Numbered from the stretch's first letter, positions 52,461-62,438 are shown. The stretch is 64,000 nucleotides of DNA from Arcobacteraceae bacterium (GCA_965224485.1 CBDCZH010000015.1:288001-352000); one strand, 5' to 3'. The notes: generated from the letters alone by a model not told the origin. Numbers and translations are program-made.

Positions 52461-52501
52461 AAAGAACTACACTAACATTAGTAGAGATGTTTACTTATTG
52501 A
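52461..52501 (+). pseudogene. Second mazF 3'-end relic
   Basis: ...ACATTAGTAGAGATGTTTACTTATTGA encodes TLVEMFTY*, the same C-terminus as the intact mazF. Confidence 0.7.
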
Positions 52502-52531
52502 CTAAAATCTATATTTTTAATATACTATCTT

Positions 52532-52600
52532 TACATTTTCCTTCGGGACTACTCTCCTAATTTTTAGGAGAGGAAATATTTAATCTCTCCTCCACAATCT
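52532..52600 (+). ncRNA. Candidate small RNA (UUCG hairpin plus second hairpin), right copy
   Basis: TATACT at 52521, TCC-TTCG-GGA, CTCTCCTAA-TTT-TTAGGAGAG, then a CU-rich tract; same layout as 42414-42490. Confidence 0.5.
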
Positions 52601-52850
52601 ATTTCTATACTCACCTTTTAAAAACTCTTTTTCAAACTTTATAATTAACTTATTTAAAGCATTTCCATCTAAGCCTTGAACTTCTAGTGCTCATGTACTT
52701 TGTACTAAAGAAGCCATAAAAAGTGCTTTTTTATTTACTCTTTGTTTTTCTAAAGCTTTTATACTAATAATTTCATTGCAAAAAAAATCTAAAGCTAATA
52801 ACTTCGTTATATTTTCTAAAGTACTAAGTTTTACATCATAATTCGTAAAC

Positions 52851-52916
52851 CTATACAAAAGTATAGTTTTAAAGCTTGATGTAAGTTTATAGAGCTAAAA
52901 CTATACTTTTGTATAG
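52851..52916. repeat. Long palindrome downstream of folA
   Basis: Perfect 21-bp inverted repeat CTATACAAAAGTATAGTTTTA / TAAAACTATACTTTTGTATAG. Confidence 0.75.
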
Positions 52917-52937
52917 TTTTAGAAAATTTAGAAGAGT

Positions 52938-53438
52938 CTAGTTCTTATCCCAAATCTTAAACGTCCAAGCAGGTGATACTTCTTCTTCGTTTTGCATGAT
53001 TTTATTGTGTTTTACTTCTTTTTGTAAGCTCCAAGATGAAAAGTCTATTTCTTTTAGATAGGCATCTGCCTCACCTTTGAAATCTACTTCTGAGAGATAC
53101 ATTCTATTTATATAGGGAAACATTGTTTCATATATATTTGCCCCTCCTATTACGAAGAGTTCTTCTTCATTTGCTTGCTTTGCAAAGTTTAGAGCAGTTT
53201 CAATATCATTGAAAGTGTGAGTTCCTTCTTTTTTAAAATCCCCACGAGAGAGTATTATTGAGGTTCTATTTGGTAGAGGTTTTCCTATTGATTCAAAGGT
53301 TTTTCTTCCCATTAAAATATGATGTCCTGAGGTTATAGTTTTGAAGTTTTTAAAATCTTCACTTATATGCCATAACATTTGATTTTTTAAACCAATTTCC
53401 CAATTTTTACCATATGCTACTATCATTGAAATTTTCAT
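52938..53438 (-). CDS. folA: Dihydrofolate reductase
   Basis: IG...MLWHISEDFKNFK, MGRKTFESIGKPLPNR, IGGANIY. Confidence 0.96.
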   Translation of the reverse strand: MKISMIVAYGKNWEIGLKNQMLWHISEDFKNFKTITSGHHILMGRKTFESIGKPLPNRTSIILSRGDFKKEGTHTFNDIETALNFAKQANEEELFVIGGANIYETMFPYINRMYLSEVDFKGEADAYLKEIDFSSWSLQKEVKHNKIMQNEEEVSPAWTFKIWDKN

Positions 53439-54301
53439 TATACTGCCATCTTTGCTTTTATTGCTTCGTGTGATTCATAATTTTCTAGCTCAAAATCACT
53501 CATTTTAAAATCAAAAATATCTTTTATATTTTTATTTATTTTCATTTGTGGATGTGAAAAAGGTTTTCTACTTATTTGTAAATTTGCCTGTTCTATGTGA
53601 TTTGAATATAAATGAGCATCACCAAAAGTATGTACAAAATCACCAAGTTCAAGTTCACAAACTTGAGCTATCATCATAGTTAAAAGTGCATATGAAGCTA
53701 TATTAAAAGGAACTCCTAAAAATATATCTGCACTTCTTTGGTATAACTGACAAGAAAGTTTTCCATTAGCTACATAAAACTGAAAAAATGTATGACAAGG
53801 AGGAAGAGCCATTTTCTCAATCTCACCTACATTCCAAGCTGATAAAATAAGTCTTCTTGAATCTGGATTTGTTTTTATTTGATTTATTAGATTTTTTACT
53901 TGATCTATACTTTCCCCACTTGAGTTTTTCCAAGATCTCCATTGTGCTCCATAAACAGGACCTAGTTCTTTTATAGTCTCAGTATTTGTATAACCTAAAT
54001 CTTTTCCTTGTTTGTTTGCATTTGCAGTCCAAACAGTGTTTTTTCCTATAAGGTTTTGTGCTACATCCCCATGATGTATTTCTGCTAATCGTCTTTCGTT
54101 TGTTGAACCTTCTAAGAACCATAATAACTCAGAAACAATAGCTTTTAAATGACATTTTTTAGTAGTAACTAGTGGAAAACCTTCATTTAAATCAAATCTC
54201 ATTTGATAACCAAAAACAGAAGTAGTTCCTGTTCCTGTTCTGTCTTCTTTTAATACGCCTGTATTTAATACATGTTTAATTAAATCTAAATATTGTTTCA
54301 C
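53438..54301 (-). CDS. thyA: Thymidylate synthase ThyA
   Basis: [39 protein letters not shown]. Confidence 0.97.
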   Translation of the reverse strand: MKQYLDLIKHVLNTGVLKEDRTGTGTTSVFGYQMRFDLNEGFPLVTTKKCHLKAIVSELLWFLEGSTNERRLAEIHHGDVAQNLIGKNTVWTANANKQGKDLGYTNTETIKELGPVYGAQWRSWKNSSGESIDQVKNLINQIKTNPDSRRLILSAWNVGEIEKMALPPCHTFFQFYVANGKLSCQLYQRSADIFLGVPFNIASYALLTMMIAQVCELELGDFVHTFGDAHLYSNHIEQANLQISRKPFSHPQMKINKNIKDIFDFKMSDFELENYESHEAIKAKMAV

Positions 54302-54444
54302 TAAAAATCCTATACATTTTATAATTTTGATATTTTACTATAAGTTTTATATTTATTGTATTAGAAAATAAAGCAGTTTTACTCTTGTAATCATTTGGTA
54401 ATTCAAAACTTCTATAATTAGTAAAATTAATACTAGGGAATAAA

Positions 54445-55650
54445 ATGAAAATTAGAACAATAGTTTTGGCAAGTTTATTATTAGTAAATACAGTATTTGC
54501 TTGGCAGGTACAAAAAGTACTTGTTGAAGAAGAGTTAGACTTAATAAAACTTCCAAATAAGCTTTTAAAATTAGATGTAGGAATTGGAAGTGGTGCTTAT
54601 CATTATAAAGGTGACAAAGATAATATTTTTTACACTATTACAGATAGAGGTGTAAATATAAAATGTAAAGATTCTAAAAAATTAATGGGCAAAAAATTAT
54701 GTGAAAAAGGTAAAATTTTCCCAACACAAAACTTTACTCCTACAATTTATAAAATACAACTTTTTGATAACTTTTATAAAATTCTTAAAAAAATACAAAT
54801 TAAAGATAGAAATGGAAATCAAGTATCTGGAATATCAAATGAAGGAACTGAAAAAGCTTTTGATATTCAAGGTAATGTTATTCCTTATGATGCAAACGGA
54901 TTAGATGCAGAAGCATTAGTTAGACTAAGTGATGGAAGTTTTTGGATAGCTGAAGAGTATGGGGCTTCTTTACTTCACATAGCTTTTGATGGAAAAATTA
55001 TCAAAAGAGTAGTTCCACAAGGTTTTGAAAAGAACTTAAGTGCTGCTAAGTATGATATAAGTTCAAGTTTACCTAAAATTATATCAAAGAGACCACTTAA
55101 CAGAGGAATCGAATCACTTGCTCTTTCAAAAGATGAAAAGTTTTTATATTTTTCTATGCAAAGTCCTTTAGCAAATCCTAGTAAAAAAGCTTATACTTCT
55201 TCAAATCTTGTAAGAATGTTTAAATATAATATAAAAAAAGATGAAGTTGTAGGTGAGTATATTTACAAAATAGATACAGCAGATAGTTTTTCTTTAGATA
55301 ATAAAACAAAACAAAATGCAGTTAAAATTTCTGAAATGGTTAATATTGGAGATGATGAATTTATTATTTTAGAAAGAGTGTCAAAAACAACAAAGTTTTA
55401 TAAAGTAAAGTTTGAAAACTCAATTTTACATAGTAAATGGGATGATATTAATACTTCTCCTTCATTAGAAGAGAATAATACTCTAGAAAGTATGGAAAAA
55501 ACATTAGTTTTAGATACAAGTACTTTGAAAAATATGCCTAAAAAAATAGAAGGTATTGCTTATATTGATGAAAATAATTGGATTTTAGTAAATGACAATG
55601 ATTTTGGAATTAAAAAAGATAAAACATATATTATCAAATTAAGTAAATAA
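54445..55650 (+). CDS. Exported 'esterase-like activity of phytase' family protein
   Basis: Signal peptide; TDRG, LDAEAL, EEYG, NRGIESL, KIEGI, NDNDFG. Confidence 0.85.
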   Translation: MKIRTIVLASLLLVNTVFAWQVQKVLVEEELDLIKLPNKLLKLDVGIGSGAYHYKGDKDNIFYTITDRGVNIKCKDSKKLMGKKLCEKGKIFPTQNFTPTIYKIQLFDNFYKILKKIQIKDRNGNQVSGISNEGTEKAFDIQGNVIPYDANGLDAEALVRLSDGSFWIAEEYGASLLHIAFDGKIIKRVVPQGFEKNLSAAKYDISSSLPKIISKRPLNRGIESLALSKDEKFLYFSMQSPLANPSKKAYTSSNLVRMFKYNIKKDEVVGEYIYKIDTADSFSLDNKTKQNAVKISEMVNIGDDEFIILERVSKTTKFYKVKFENSILHSKWDDINTSPSLEENNTLESMEKTLVLDTSTLKNMPKKIEGIAYIDENNWILVNDNDFGIKKDKTYIIKLSK

Positions 55651-55656
55651 GCAAAC

Positions 55657-55683
55657 ATACTAAAGAGCAAAGCTCTTTAGTAT
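55657..55683. terminator. Bidirectional hairpin between convergent genes
   Basis: ATACTAAAGAGC-AAA-GCTCTTTAGTAT; same AGAGC-AAA-GCTCT core as the frdB terminator. Confidence 0.65.
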
Positions 55684-56252
55684 TTATTTTTTAGCTCTTT
55701 TATAATGTTGGCGTATGATTTAAGAGGCAAACCTACAAAAGCTCTAAATTTTTTGTCAAAAAGCTTTCTTGGAATATCAGCATGAAGTAAAACTTCATCT
55801 ATATCATAAATACCTTTTTGCTCACTTATTAAAGAAAGTATTTTAAAAATACTAAAAGTTGATTTTGGTATTTTAAACTGTTTCAATAAAAAACTATCCA
55901 AATTCTTATCTAAAGATTGTATATCAAAAGATATATCACTATTATCTAAAACATCTATAAATATAGGTAAATCATCCATAGAAAAAGAAAAGAAAAAAGC
56001 CGAACCAGCCCCTTTAAAATTAATTAGAACTAAGTTCAACTCTTCTTTAGAACTAAGAGTTAAGGCATTTTCTAAAACATTAACAAGTACAAACTCGCCA
56101 TTATTTAACGTTTTAAAAGAATTTTCATAAGATAATTCAAAACTTGAACCTAAGTTATAAACTAAAGTCATACCACCAGAAGGAAGTATCTCATAAGATT
56201 TATTGTGAAGAAAAGTATAAGAGTCAATATATTTTTGTAATTTTTTATGCAT
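55677..56252 (-). CDS. Short AraC-like regulator (N-terminal sensor domain and only one HTH)
   Basis: ILPSGG...L.YNLG N-terminus; RKLFDKKFRAFVGLPLK first AraC HTH, then stop. Confidence 0.55.
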   Translation of the reverse strand: MHKKLQKYIDSYTFLHNKSYEILPSGGMTLVYNLGSSFELSYENSFKTLNNGEFVLVNVLENALTLSSKEELNLVLINFKGAGSAFFFSFSMDDLPIFIDVLDNSDISFDIQSLDKNLDSFLLKQFKIPKSTFSIFKILSLISEQKGIYDIDEVLLHADIPRKLFDKKFRAFVGLPLKSYANIIKELKNKY

Positions 56253-56354
56253 TTAAAATTATAGCCTTTTAAAAATTCATATTTCAGAAAAATGGTTTGA
56301 AAATATTTTAATATTTAAATAGCTTCAGAAAGATTTTTAAATTACACACGTAAA

Positions 56355-56491
56355 AGGGCTTTAGAAAATTGATTTTTTGCTGAAAGTTCAAGGAAGTGCG
56401 GGAATTTTGTTTTGAAGCGTACACGAAGTACGTAAGAAGCAAAATTTCCACGCTGACGCAGAAATTTGCTAAAAGAGATAGTTTTATGACG
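56355..56491. repeat. Palindromic intergenic element resembling Rickettsia palindromic elements
   Basis: Nested stems GGAATTTTGTTT/AAGCAAAATTTCC capped by CGTAC-ACGAA-GTACG; GC-richer than its flanks. Confidence 0.6.
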
Positions 56492-57865
56492 CTATTCGTT
56501 CATTCCTGCGAAGAAAGCTTCATTATCTTTTGTCTTTTGCATCTTAGAATATAAAAATTTCAAGGCTTCAACTTCATCCATAGATGAAATAGCATTTCTT
56601 AAAATCCAAGTTTTTTGTAAGATTTCAGGACTTAGAAGTAATTCTTCTTTTCTAGTACCTGATTTGATAATATCTAAAGCAGGATAGATTCTTCTATTTG
56701 CTGATTTTCTACTTAGAACTACTTCTGAGTTTCCTGTACCTTTAAACTCTTCAAAAATAACTTCATCCATTTTTGAACCAGTTTCAATTAAAGCAGTTGA
56801 AATAATAGTTAAAGAACCACCCTCTTCTATATTTCTAGCAGCTCCAAAAAATCTTTTTGGTTTATGAAGTGCGTTTGCATCAACTCCACCTGATAATACT
56901 TTTCCACTACTTGGTGTTACTGTATTATAAGCCCTTGCAAGACGTGTAATTGAATCTAATAAAATAACTACATCTTTTTTCATTTCAACTAATCTTTTTG
57001 CTTTTTCAATTACAATTTCGGCAACCCTAACATGATTATGAGCTGGTAAATCAAATGTTGAACTGTAAACTTCACCTTTTACACTTCTTTGCATATCTGT
57101 AACTTCTTCTGGTCTCTCATCAATTAATAAAACCATTAAGTGCGCTTCTGGGTGATTTCTTGAAATACCATGAGCTAATTCTTTTAATAACTCAGTTTTA
57201 CCAGTTTTAGGAGGTGCAACTATTAAACCACGCTGACCTTTTCCCATAGGAGCAAAAAGATCTAACATTCTTCCTGTCATTCTTGAACTATCATATTCAA
57301 ACGTATATCTATCAACAGCATATAAAGGTGTTAAGTTATCAAATAATGGTCTATTTTTTGATTCTTGTATTGGAAGATAATTTATTGCTTCTATTTTTAA
57401 TAGGGCATTATATTTTTCACTATCTTTATTTGGAGGTCTAACTTGTCCTGTAACAATATCACCAGTTCTAAGTGCAAATTTTCTAATTTGTGTTGCACTT
57501 ACATAAGAATCATTTGAAGTATCAGAAAAATTACCATCAATTGCTCTTAAAAAACCAAAACCACCATCTTTAATCTCTAAGATTCCTGTAAAAAGTATAA
57601 AACCACCTTGATCTATTTGTGATTTTAAAATATTGAACATTAAATCTTGTCTTTTAAGCTCTTGAGGATTTTCAACTTCAAGTTCTTTTGCAATTTTTAA
57701 TAAATCTTCTAAAGGTTGCTCTCGTAATTTCTCAATTGTATATCCTACAACGGGAACATGAGTTCTTGCTTTTCTAGTATTACTTGTATTTGTTTTTTTA
57801 GCTTTACTTGGTGCTTTTGCCTGAGGTTTAGGCTGCGGCGTTGTTTGAGTGTTAGACTCTTCCAT
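56492..57865 (-). CDS. rho: Transcription termination factor Rho
   Basis: [39 protein letters not shown]. Confidence 0.98.
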   Translation of the reverse strand: MEESNTQTTPQPKPQAKAPSKAKKTNTSNTRKARTHVPVVGYTIEKLREQPLEDLLKIAKELEVENPQELKRQDLMFNILKSQIDQGGFILFTGILEIKDGGFGFLRAIDGNFSDTSNDSYVSATQIRKFALRTGDIVTGQVRPPNKDSEKYNALLKIEAINYLPIQESKNRPLFDNLTPLYAVDRYTFEYDSSRMTGRMLDLFAPMGKGQRGLIVAPPKTGKTELLKELAHGISRNHPEAHLMVLLIDERPEEVTDMQRSVKGEVYSSTFDLPAHNHVRVAEIVIEKAKRLVEMKKDVVILLDSITRLARAYNTVTPSSGKVLSGGVDANALHKPKRFFGAARNIEEGGSLTIISTALIETGSKMDEVIFEEFKGTGNSEVVLSRKSANRRIYPALDIIKSGTRKEELLLSPEILQKTWILRNAISSMDEVEALKFLYSKMQKTKDNEAFFAGMNE

Positions 57866-58060
57866 GAGTAATTTGACCTTTTTTTGTTTTTGTTTTTATG
57901 AGTAAGTTCCGTAGTTTTTTATTTAAGTTATTTTTTTTGATACAGTATTCTAGTGTTTATTTTTAATTTTGTCAATTAAAATGTAAAAATAATTAATAAG
58001 CATAAAAAAAGGTGCCATAAAATGACACCTTTAAAAGTATTTTTTACAAGAAAAAAATTC

Positions 58061-58657
58061 TTATAAATCACCCTCATGTTTACCTAAGTATTTTGCAACA
58101 CCTTCAGTAGATGCAGTCATACCAGCATCACCTTTGTTCCAACCAGCAGGACAAACTTCACCATGCTCATTTGTAAATAACATAGTATCTACCATTCTTA
58201 GCATTTCATCAATATTTCTACCTAATGGTAAATCATTGATAACTGCATGTCTTACTGTACCATCAGCATCAATTAAAAAAGATCCTCTTAAAGCAACAGA
58301 ATCATTTAATAATACATCATAATCTCTAGCAATAGATTTAGTAATATCAGCAACTAATGGATATTCAATTCTTCCAATTCCACCATTATTAACATCAGTT
58401 TCTCTCCATGCGAAGTGAGAAAATTGTGAATCAACAGAAACACCAATAACATTAACACCTCTTTCTTTGAAATCAGCTACTCTTTTAGAGAATGCAATAA
58501 TTTCTGAAGGACAAACAAAAGTAAAATCTAATGGGTAGAAAAATAGTACAGTACCTTTTTCTCCAAAGTTTTCATATAAATTAAAATCCTCAACGATTGA
58601 ACCGTTCGCAAGTACAGTTGTTGCTGTAAAATCTGGAGCTTTTTTTGTTACTAACAT
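58061..58657 (-). CDS. ahpC: 2-Cys peroxiredoxin (AhpC)
   Basis: FYPLDFTFVCPSE and GEVCPAGW. Confidence 0.95.
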   Translation of the reverse strand: MLVTKKAPDFTATTVLANGSIVEDFNLYENFGEKGTVLFFYPLDFTFVCPSEIIAFSKRVADFKERGVNVIGVSVDSQFSHFAWRETDVNNGGIGRIEYPLVADITKSIARDYDVLLNDSVALRGSFLIDADGTVRHAVINDLPLGRNIDEMLRMVDTMLFTNEHGEVCPAGWNKGDAGMTASTEGVAKYLGKHEGDL

Positions 58658-58993
58658 ATATATATCCTTTTATTTTTTGTAGTTTTAAACTATAAACTTC
58701 TTGTTTATATTTGTGCTTGCATTATATACTAATATTCTAAAAAATATATACTATTTTTAGGTTTATTTAAAAATTTAAGAAAAAATTTATTTTAAGATAA
58801 TTTTTTTCCTTTGTAAAGTTTTAGATAAAGTTTCTACTCTTATATAATATATTATTATACAATATATTTTAAAACCTAAACTTATAATTACTTACTAAAA
58901 CAGAATTAAATATTATATAAATAATAAGCATTATTTTTTAAAGTTATATTTATTGTTTATATGTTAGAGTTTTTAAAATTTCAAGGAGTTAAT

Positions 58994-59251
58994 ATGGCAG
59001 TTAAGATAACAGATACCTGTATATCATGTGATGCATGTTTAGATGAATGTCCAACAGAGTCAATAGTAGATAATGATGAGAACCCAACAGGTGAGGATAT
59101 TTATTTTGTAAATTCTGATACATGTACTGAGTGTGTTGGAGACAATGATGCTCCAGCATGTGCTGATGCCTGTCCAACTGAGGGATGTATAGTTTGGGAT
59201 GCTCCTTCAAGAGATGGAATGGTTCATGGGGAACCATGTGTTGAAGACTAG
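58994..59251 (+). CDS. fdxA: 2[4Fe-4S] ferredoxin
   Basis: CISCDACLDECP and CTECVG...CADACP; AAGGAG SD; divergent from ahpC. Confidence 0.88.
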   Translation: MAVKITDTCISCDACLDECPTESIVDNDENPTGEDIYFVNSDTCTECVGDNDAPACADACPTEGCIVWDAPSRDGMVHGEPCVED

Positions 59252-59267
59252 TAAATAAATTATAAAT

Positions 59268-59300
59268 AAAAAAGGTTAGTAGTTTTGCTAACCTTTTTTT
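59268..59300 (+). terminator. Rho-independent terminator
   Basis: AAAAAAGGTTAGTA...TGCTAACCTTTTTTT. Confidence 0.75.
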
Positions 59301-59427
59301 ATGCCAAAGAAATGGACTTTTAGCCTCATATATTTATGGAAAATAATACTTAAAATAATAAGCCTTGTATTTTTTTGATTTTCTTGGTATAATGCGCGAC
59401 TTAAATTTTAATTGAGGAATATATCAC

Positions 59428-59841
59428 ATGGAACAAACGTTATCTATTATTAAACCTGATGCAGTTGCAAAAAATGTAGTTGGAAAAATCTTAGACAGAT
59501 TCGAATCTGCTGGATTAAAAATCGCTGCTACTAAAAGAATACAATTAAGTCAAGCTGATGCTGAAGCATTTTATGCTGTACACGCACAAAGACCTTTTTA
59601 TGGTGAACTAGTTAAGTTTATGATTTCTGGACCTGTAGTTGTTACAGTTTTAGAAGGTGAAAATGCTATGAGCATTAACAGAGACTTAATGGGAGCAACT
59701 AATCCTAAAGAAGCTGAAGCTGGAACAATTAGAGCTGATTTTGCTGAATCTATTGATGCAAATGCAGTACATGGTTCTGATTCAGTTGAAAATGCAACAA
59801 ATGAAATTAATTTCTTTTTTGCACAAAAAGATATTTGTTAA
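59428..59841 (+). CDS. ndk: Nucleoside diphosphate kinase
   Basis: [28 protein letters not shown]. Confidence 0.98.
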   Translation: MEQTLSIIKPDAVAKNVVGKILDRFESAGLKIAATKRIQLSQADAEAFYAVHAQRPFYGELVKFMISGPVVVTVLEGENAMSINRDLMGATNPKEAEAGTIRADFAESIDANAVHGSDSVENATNEINFFFAQKDIC

Positions 59842-59844
59842 TAA

Positions 59845-60223
59845 ATGCAAATAGAGTTTAGAAAAATACCAAATACAAAAAAAGATTTTTGTGTAAGTTT
59901 CGCTTCAGTAACTTTAGAGGGATTTTTTTTGTAGAATGTCATCTACTATTGTAAAAGTAGATGCAAAGTTAGTCGGACACACTGATGTACAGTGTATTAG
60001 ATGTGGCCTTGAAGAGACTATAAATGTAGATGAAGACTTAAAATTAACACTAAGTGATGGTATTTATACTGGATACGAGGGTGATAATTTGATAATTGAA
60101 ATAGAAAATAATACTATTGATTTTGATGATATTATTCAAAGTGAAGTAGAATCAATAAATAGTGATTATTATTTATGTAAACAATGTCTTGATAATGAAG
60201 AAAATTTAGAACAAGAAATATAA
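59845..60223 (+). CDS. YceD/DUF177 family protein, split by a one-base frameshift in a T8 run
   Basis: MQIEFRKIP...LEG (59845) stops at 59934; removing one T joins it to ...CIRC...YYLCKQC. Position before rpmF is typical. Confidence 0.75.
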
Positions 60224-60233
60224 GGAGAATAAA

Positions 60234-60386
60234 ATGGCAGTACCAAAGAGACGAGTATCTCATTCAAGAGCAGCGAAAAGAAGAACTCACTATAAAATTA
60301 CTTTAAAGAAACCAGTAAAAGATAGTGACGGAACTTGGAAGATGCCTCATACGGTTAACCCTAATACTGGTGAATATAAGAACTAA
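60234..60386 (+). CDS. rpmF: 50S ribosomal protein L32 (cysteine-free type)
   Basis: [20 protein letters not shown]...; AAGGAG SD; not in the ORF track. Confidence 0.95.
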   Translation: MAVPKRRVSHSRAAKRRTHYKITLKKPVKDSDGTWKMPHTVNPNTGEYKN

Positions 60387-61372
60387 TGAAAATTGCTATT
60401 GATGCAATGGGTGGGGACTTTGGTCCCGAACCTATCATAGATGGACTAATTTCAGCACTTAAAATCGACAAAACCTTCACTGCAATCGCAGTTGGAGATA
60501 AAAATCAACTACTAAACTTAATACCCCAAAACTTTTTAAGCAGAATAGAAATACTTCATACAACAGATGTAATATCTATGTCTGATAGTGCTACTGATGC
60601 TCTAAAAAGAAAAGATTCCACAATTTATAAAGCTATTGAACTTGTTAAACTAGGTGATGCTGATGCTGTAGTATCTGCTGGTCATTCTGGTGCTTCAATG
60701 TCTTTAGCAACTTTACGAATTGGAAGAATTAAAGGTATTTCAAGACCAGCAATTGCGACACTTATGCCTACAAGCGAGAACCAAAATACTTTAGTATTAG
60801 ACGTTGGAGCAAATGTAGACTGTGATGCAAAGAATCTTTTTCAATTTGCTATAATGGGTCAGGTTTATGCAGAAGATGTTCTAAAACTTGATGAACCAAT
60901 TATTGGTTTGTTATCAAATGGTGAAGAAGAGAGCAAGGGTAATGAAGTTACTAAAGAAGCTTATGAGATAATATCAAAAATACCAAATTTTGCTGGAAAT
61001 ATTGAAGGTAGTGATATCTTTAAAGGAACAGTAGATGTTGTTGTTTGTGATGGATTTGTTGGGAATATTTTACTAAAAACTGCTGAAGGTGTTGCAGATA
61101 CTATTGGTTTAATTCTTAAGAAAAATCTTAAAAGATCTTTAATATCTATTGCAGGCGCAGTATTGATGAGAAAAGTATTTAAAAGCTTAAAAGTTAGAGT
61201 TGATTATGCTGAGTATGGAGGAGCCCCACTTTTAGGAGTAAAAGCTCCTGTTATTATAGCTCATGGTAAATCAAATCCAAAAGCGATAAAAAATGCAATA
61301 TTTCAAGCAATTTCTGCAGCTAGTTCTAACTTGAATAGTGATATTGAAGAAAGAATTAATAAATATAATTAA
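60386..61372 (+). CDS. plsX: Phosphate acyltransferase
   Basis: [36 protein letters not shown]. Confidence 0.97.
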   Translation: MKIAIDAMGGDFGPEPIIDGLISALKIDKTFTAIAVGDKNQLLNLIPQNFLSRIEILHTTDVISMSDSATDALKRKDSTIYKAIELVKLGDADAVVSAGHSGASMSLATLRIGRIKGISRPAIATLMPTSENQNTLVLDVGANVDCDAKNLFQFAIMGQVYAEDVLKLDEPIIGLLSNGEEESKGNEVTKEAYEIISKIPNFAGNIEGSDIFKGTVDVVVCDGFVGNILLKTAEGVADTIGLILKKNLKRSLISIAGAVLMRKVFKSLKVRVDYAEYGGAPLLGVKAPVIIAHGKSNPKAIKNAIFQAISAASSNLNSDIEERINKYN

Positions 61373-61387
61373 TATAAGGATATTTAG

Positions 61388-62386
61388 ATGAGTTATGCAG
61401 CTTTCAGATCAATTGGAGCTTATATCCCTCCAAAGATAATGACAAATGCTGATTTTGAAAAAATCATAGATACAAGTGACGAGTGGATAGTTAAAAGAAC
61501 AGGTATTAAAGAGAGACGAGTATCCGAAAAAGATGAAGCATCTTCTGATTTAGGAGCAAAAGCGGCGCAAGTTGCTATTACTCGTGCAGGAATTAAAAAA
61601 GAAGAAATAGATTTAGTAATTTGTGCAACTGTAACGCCTGATTATTTATGTATGCCTTCAACAGCATGTTTAATTGCTTCAAAATTGGATTTACCTCCTG
61701 TTCAAGCTTTTGATATATCTGCCGCTTGTACGGGTTTCGTTTATGCATTATCAATAGCAAAAGCTTTTATTGAATCAGGAATGAAAAAGAATGTTCTTAT
61801 AGTTGGAGCTGAAACATATACTTCAATTTTAGACTATACAGATAGAGGAACTTGTTTTATCTTTGGTGATGGAGCAGGAGCAGCTATTATTTCAAGTACT
61901 GAAGATAAAAGTGAAGCAATTGTTGATGTTAACTGTTCTAGTGATGGAAGCTATCATGATTTAATCATAACTCCAGGTGGGGGATCTAAACATCCTTGTA
62001 GCCAAGAAGTATTAGATCAAAAATTAGCTTGTATAAAAATGAAAGGTAACGAAACTTTCAAATTAGCAGTTAAAACGTTAACCGCTGATGTACAAGTTAT
62101 GATGAAAAAACATAATATCTCTAATGAAGATATAAACCATTTTATTCCTCATCAAGCTAATATGAGAATAATAAATTCTGTTGGAAAAGCTTTAGGTTTT
62201 AATAAAGAGCAAACTGTTGTAACTATTGACAAATATGGAAATACTTCAGCAGCTTCTATTCCGATGGCTATGAATTATGCTTATGAAAATGGAAAAATAA
62301 AAAAGGGTGAAACAATTTTGTTTGATGCTTTTGGAGCAGGACTTACTTGGGGATCTGCACTTTTTCCTTTTAGCCCAAAAGAATAA
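61388..62386 (+). CDS. fabH: Beta-ketoacyl-ACP synthase III
   Basis: AACTGF, FGDGAGA, PHQAN, GNTSAAS, GAGLTWG. Confidence 0.97.
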   Translation: MSYAAFRSIGAYIPPKIMTNADFEKIIDTSDEWIVKRTGIKERRVSEKDEASSDLGAKAAQVAITRAGIKKEEIDLVICATVTPDYLCMPSTACLIASKLDLPPVQAFDISAACTGFVYALSIAKAFIESGMKKNVLIVGAETYTSILDYTDRGTCFIFGDGAGAAIISSTEDKSEAIVDVNCSSDGSYHDLIITPGGGSKHPCSQEVLDQKLACIKMKGNETFKLAVKTLTADVQVMMKKHNISNEDINHFIPHQANMRIINSVGKALGFNKEQTVVTIDKYGNTSAASIPMAMNYAYENGKIKKGETILFDAFGAGLTWGSALFPFSPKE

Positions 62387-62405
62387 AAAAATACTAACAA
62401 TTATT

Positions 62406-62438
62406 AAAAAGCTTCAAAGAAATTTGAAGCTTTTTTTA
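62406..62438. terminator. Bidirectional terminator
   Basis: AAAAAGCTTCAAA-GAAA-TTTGAAGCTTTTTT. Confidence 0.75.

Noticed and set aside
42400..52600. Prophage or IS element
   Set aside because: No integrase, transposase or phage structural genes, and no clear target-site duplication.
58660..58990. Fur/PerR boxes between ahpC and fdxA
   Set aside because: Plausible by analogy with C. jejuni, but no specific box can be distinguished from the AT-rich background by eye.
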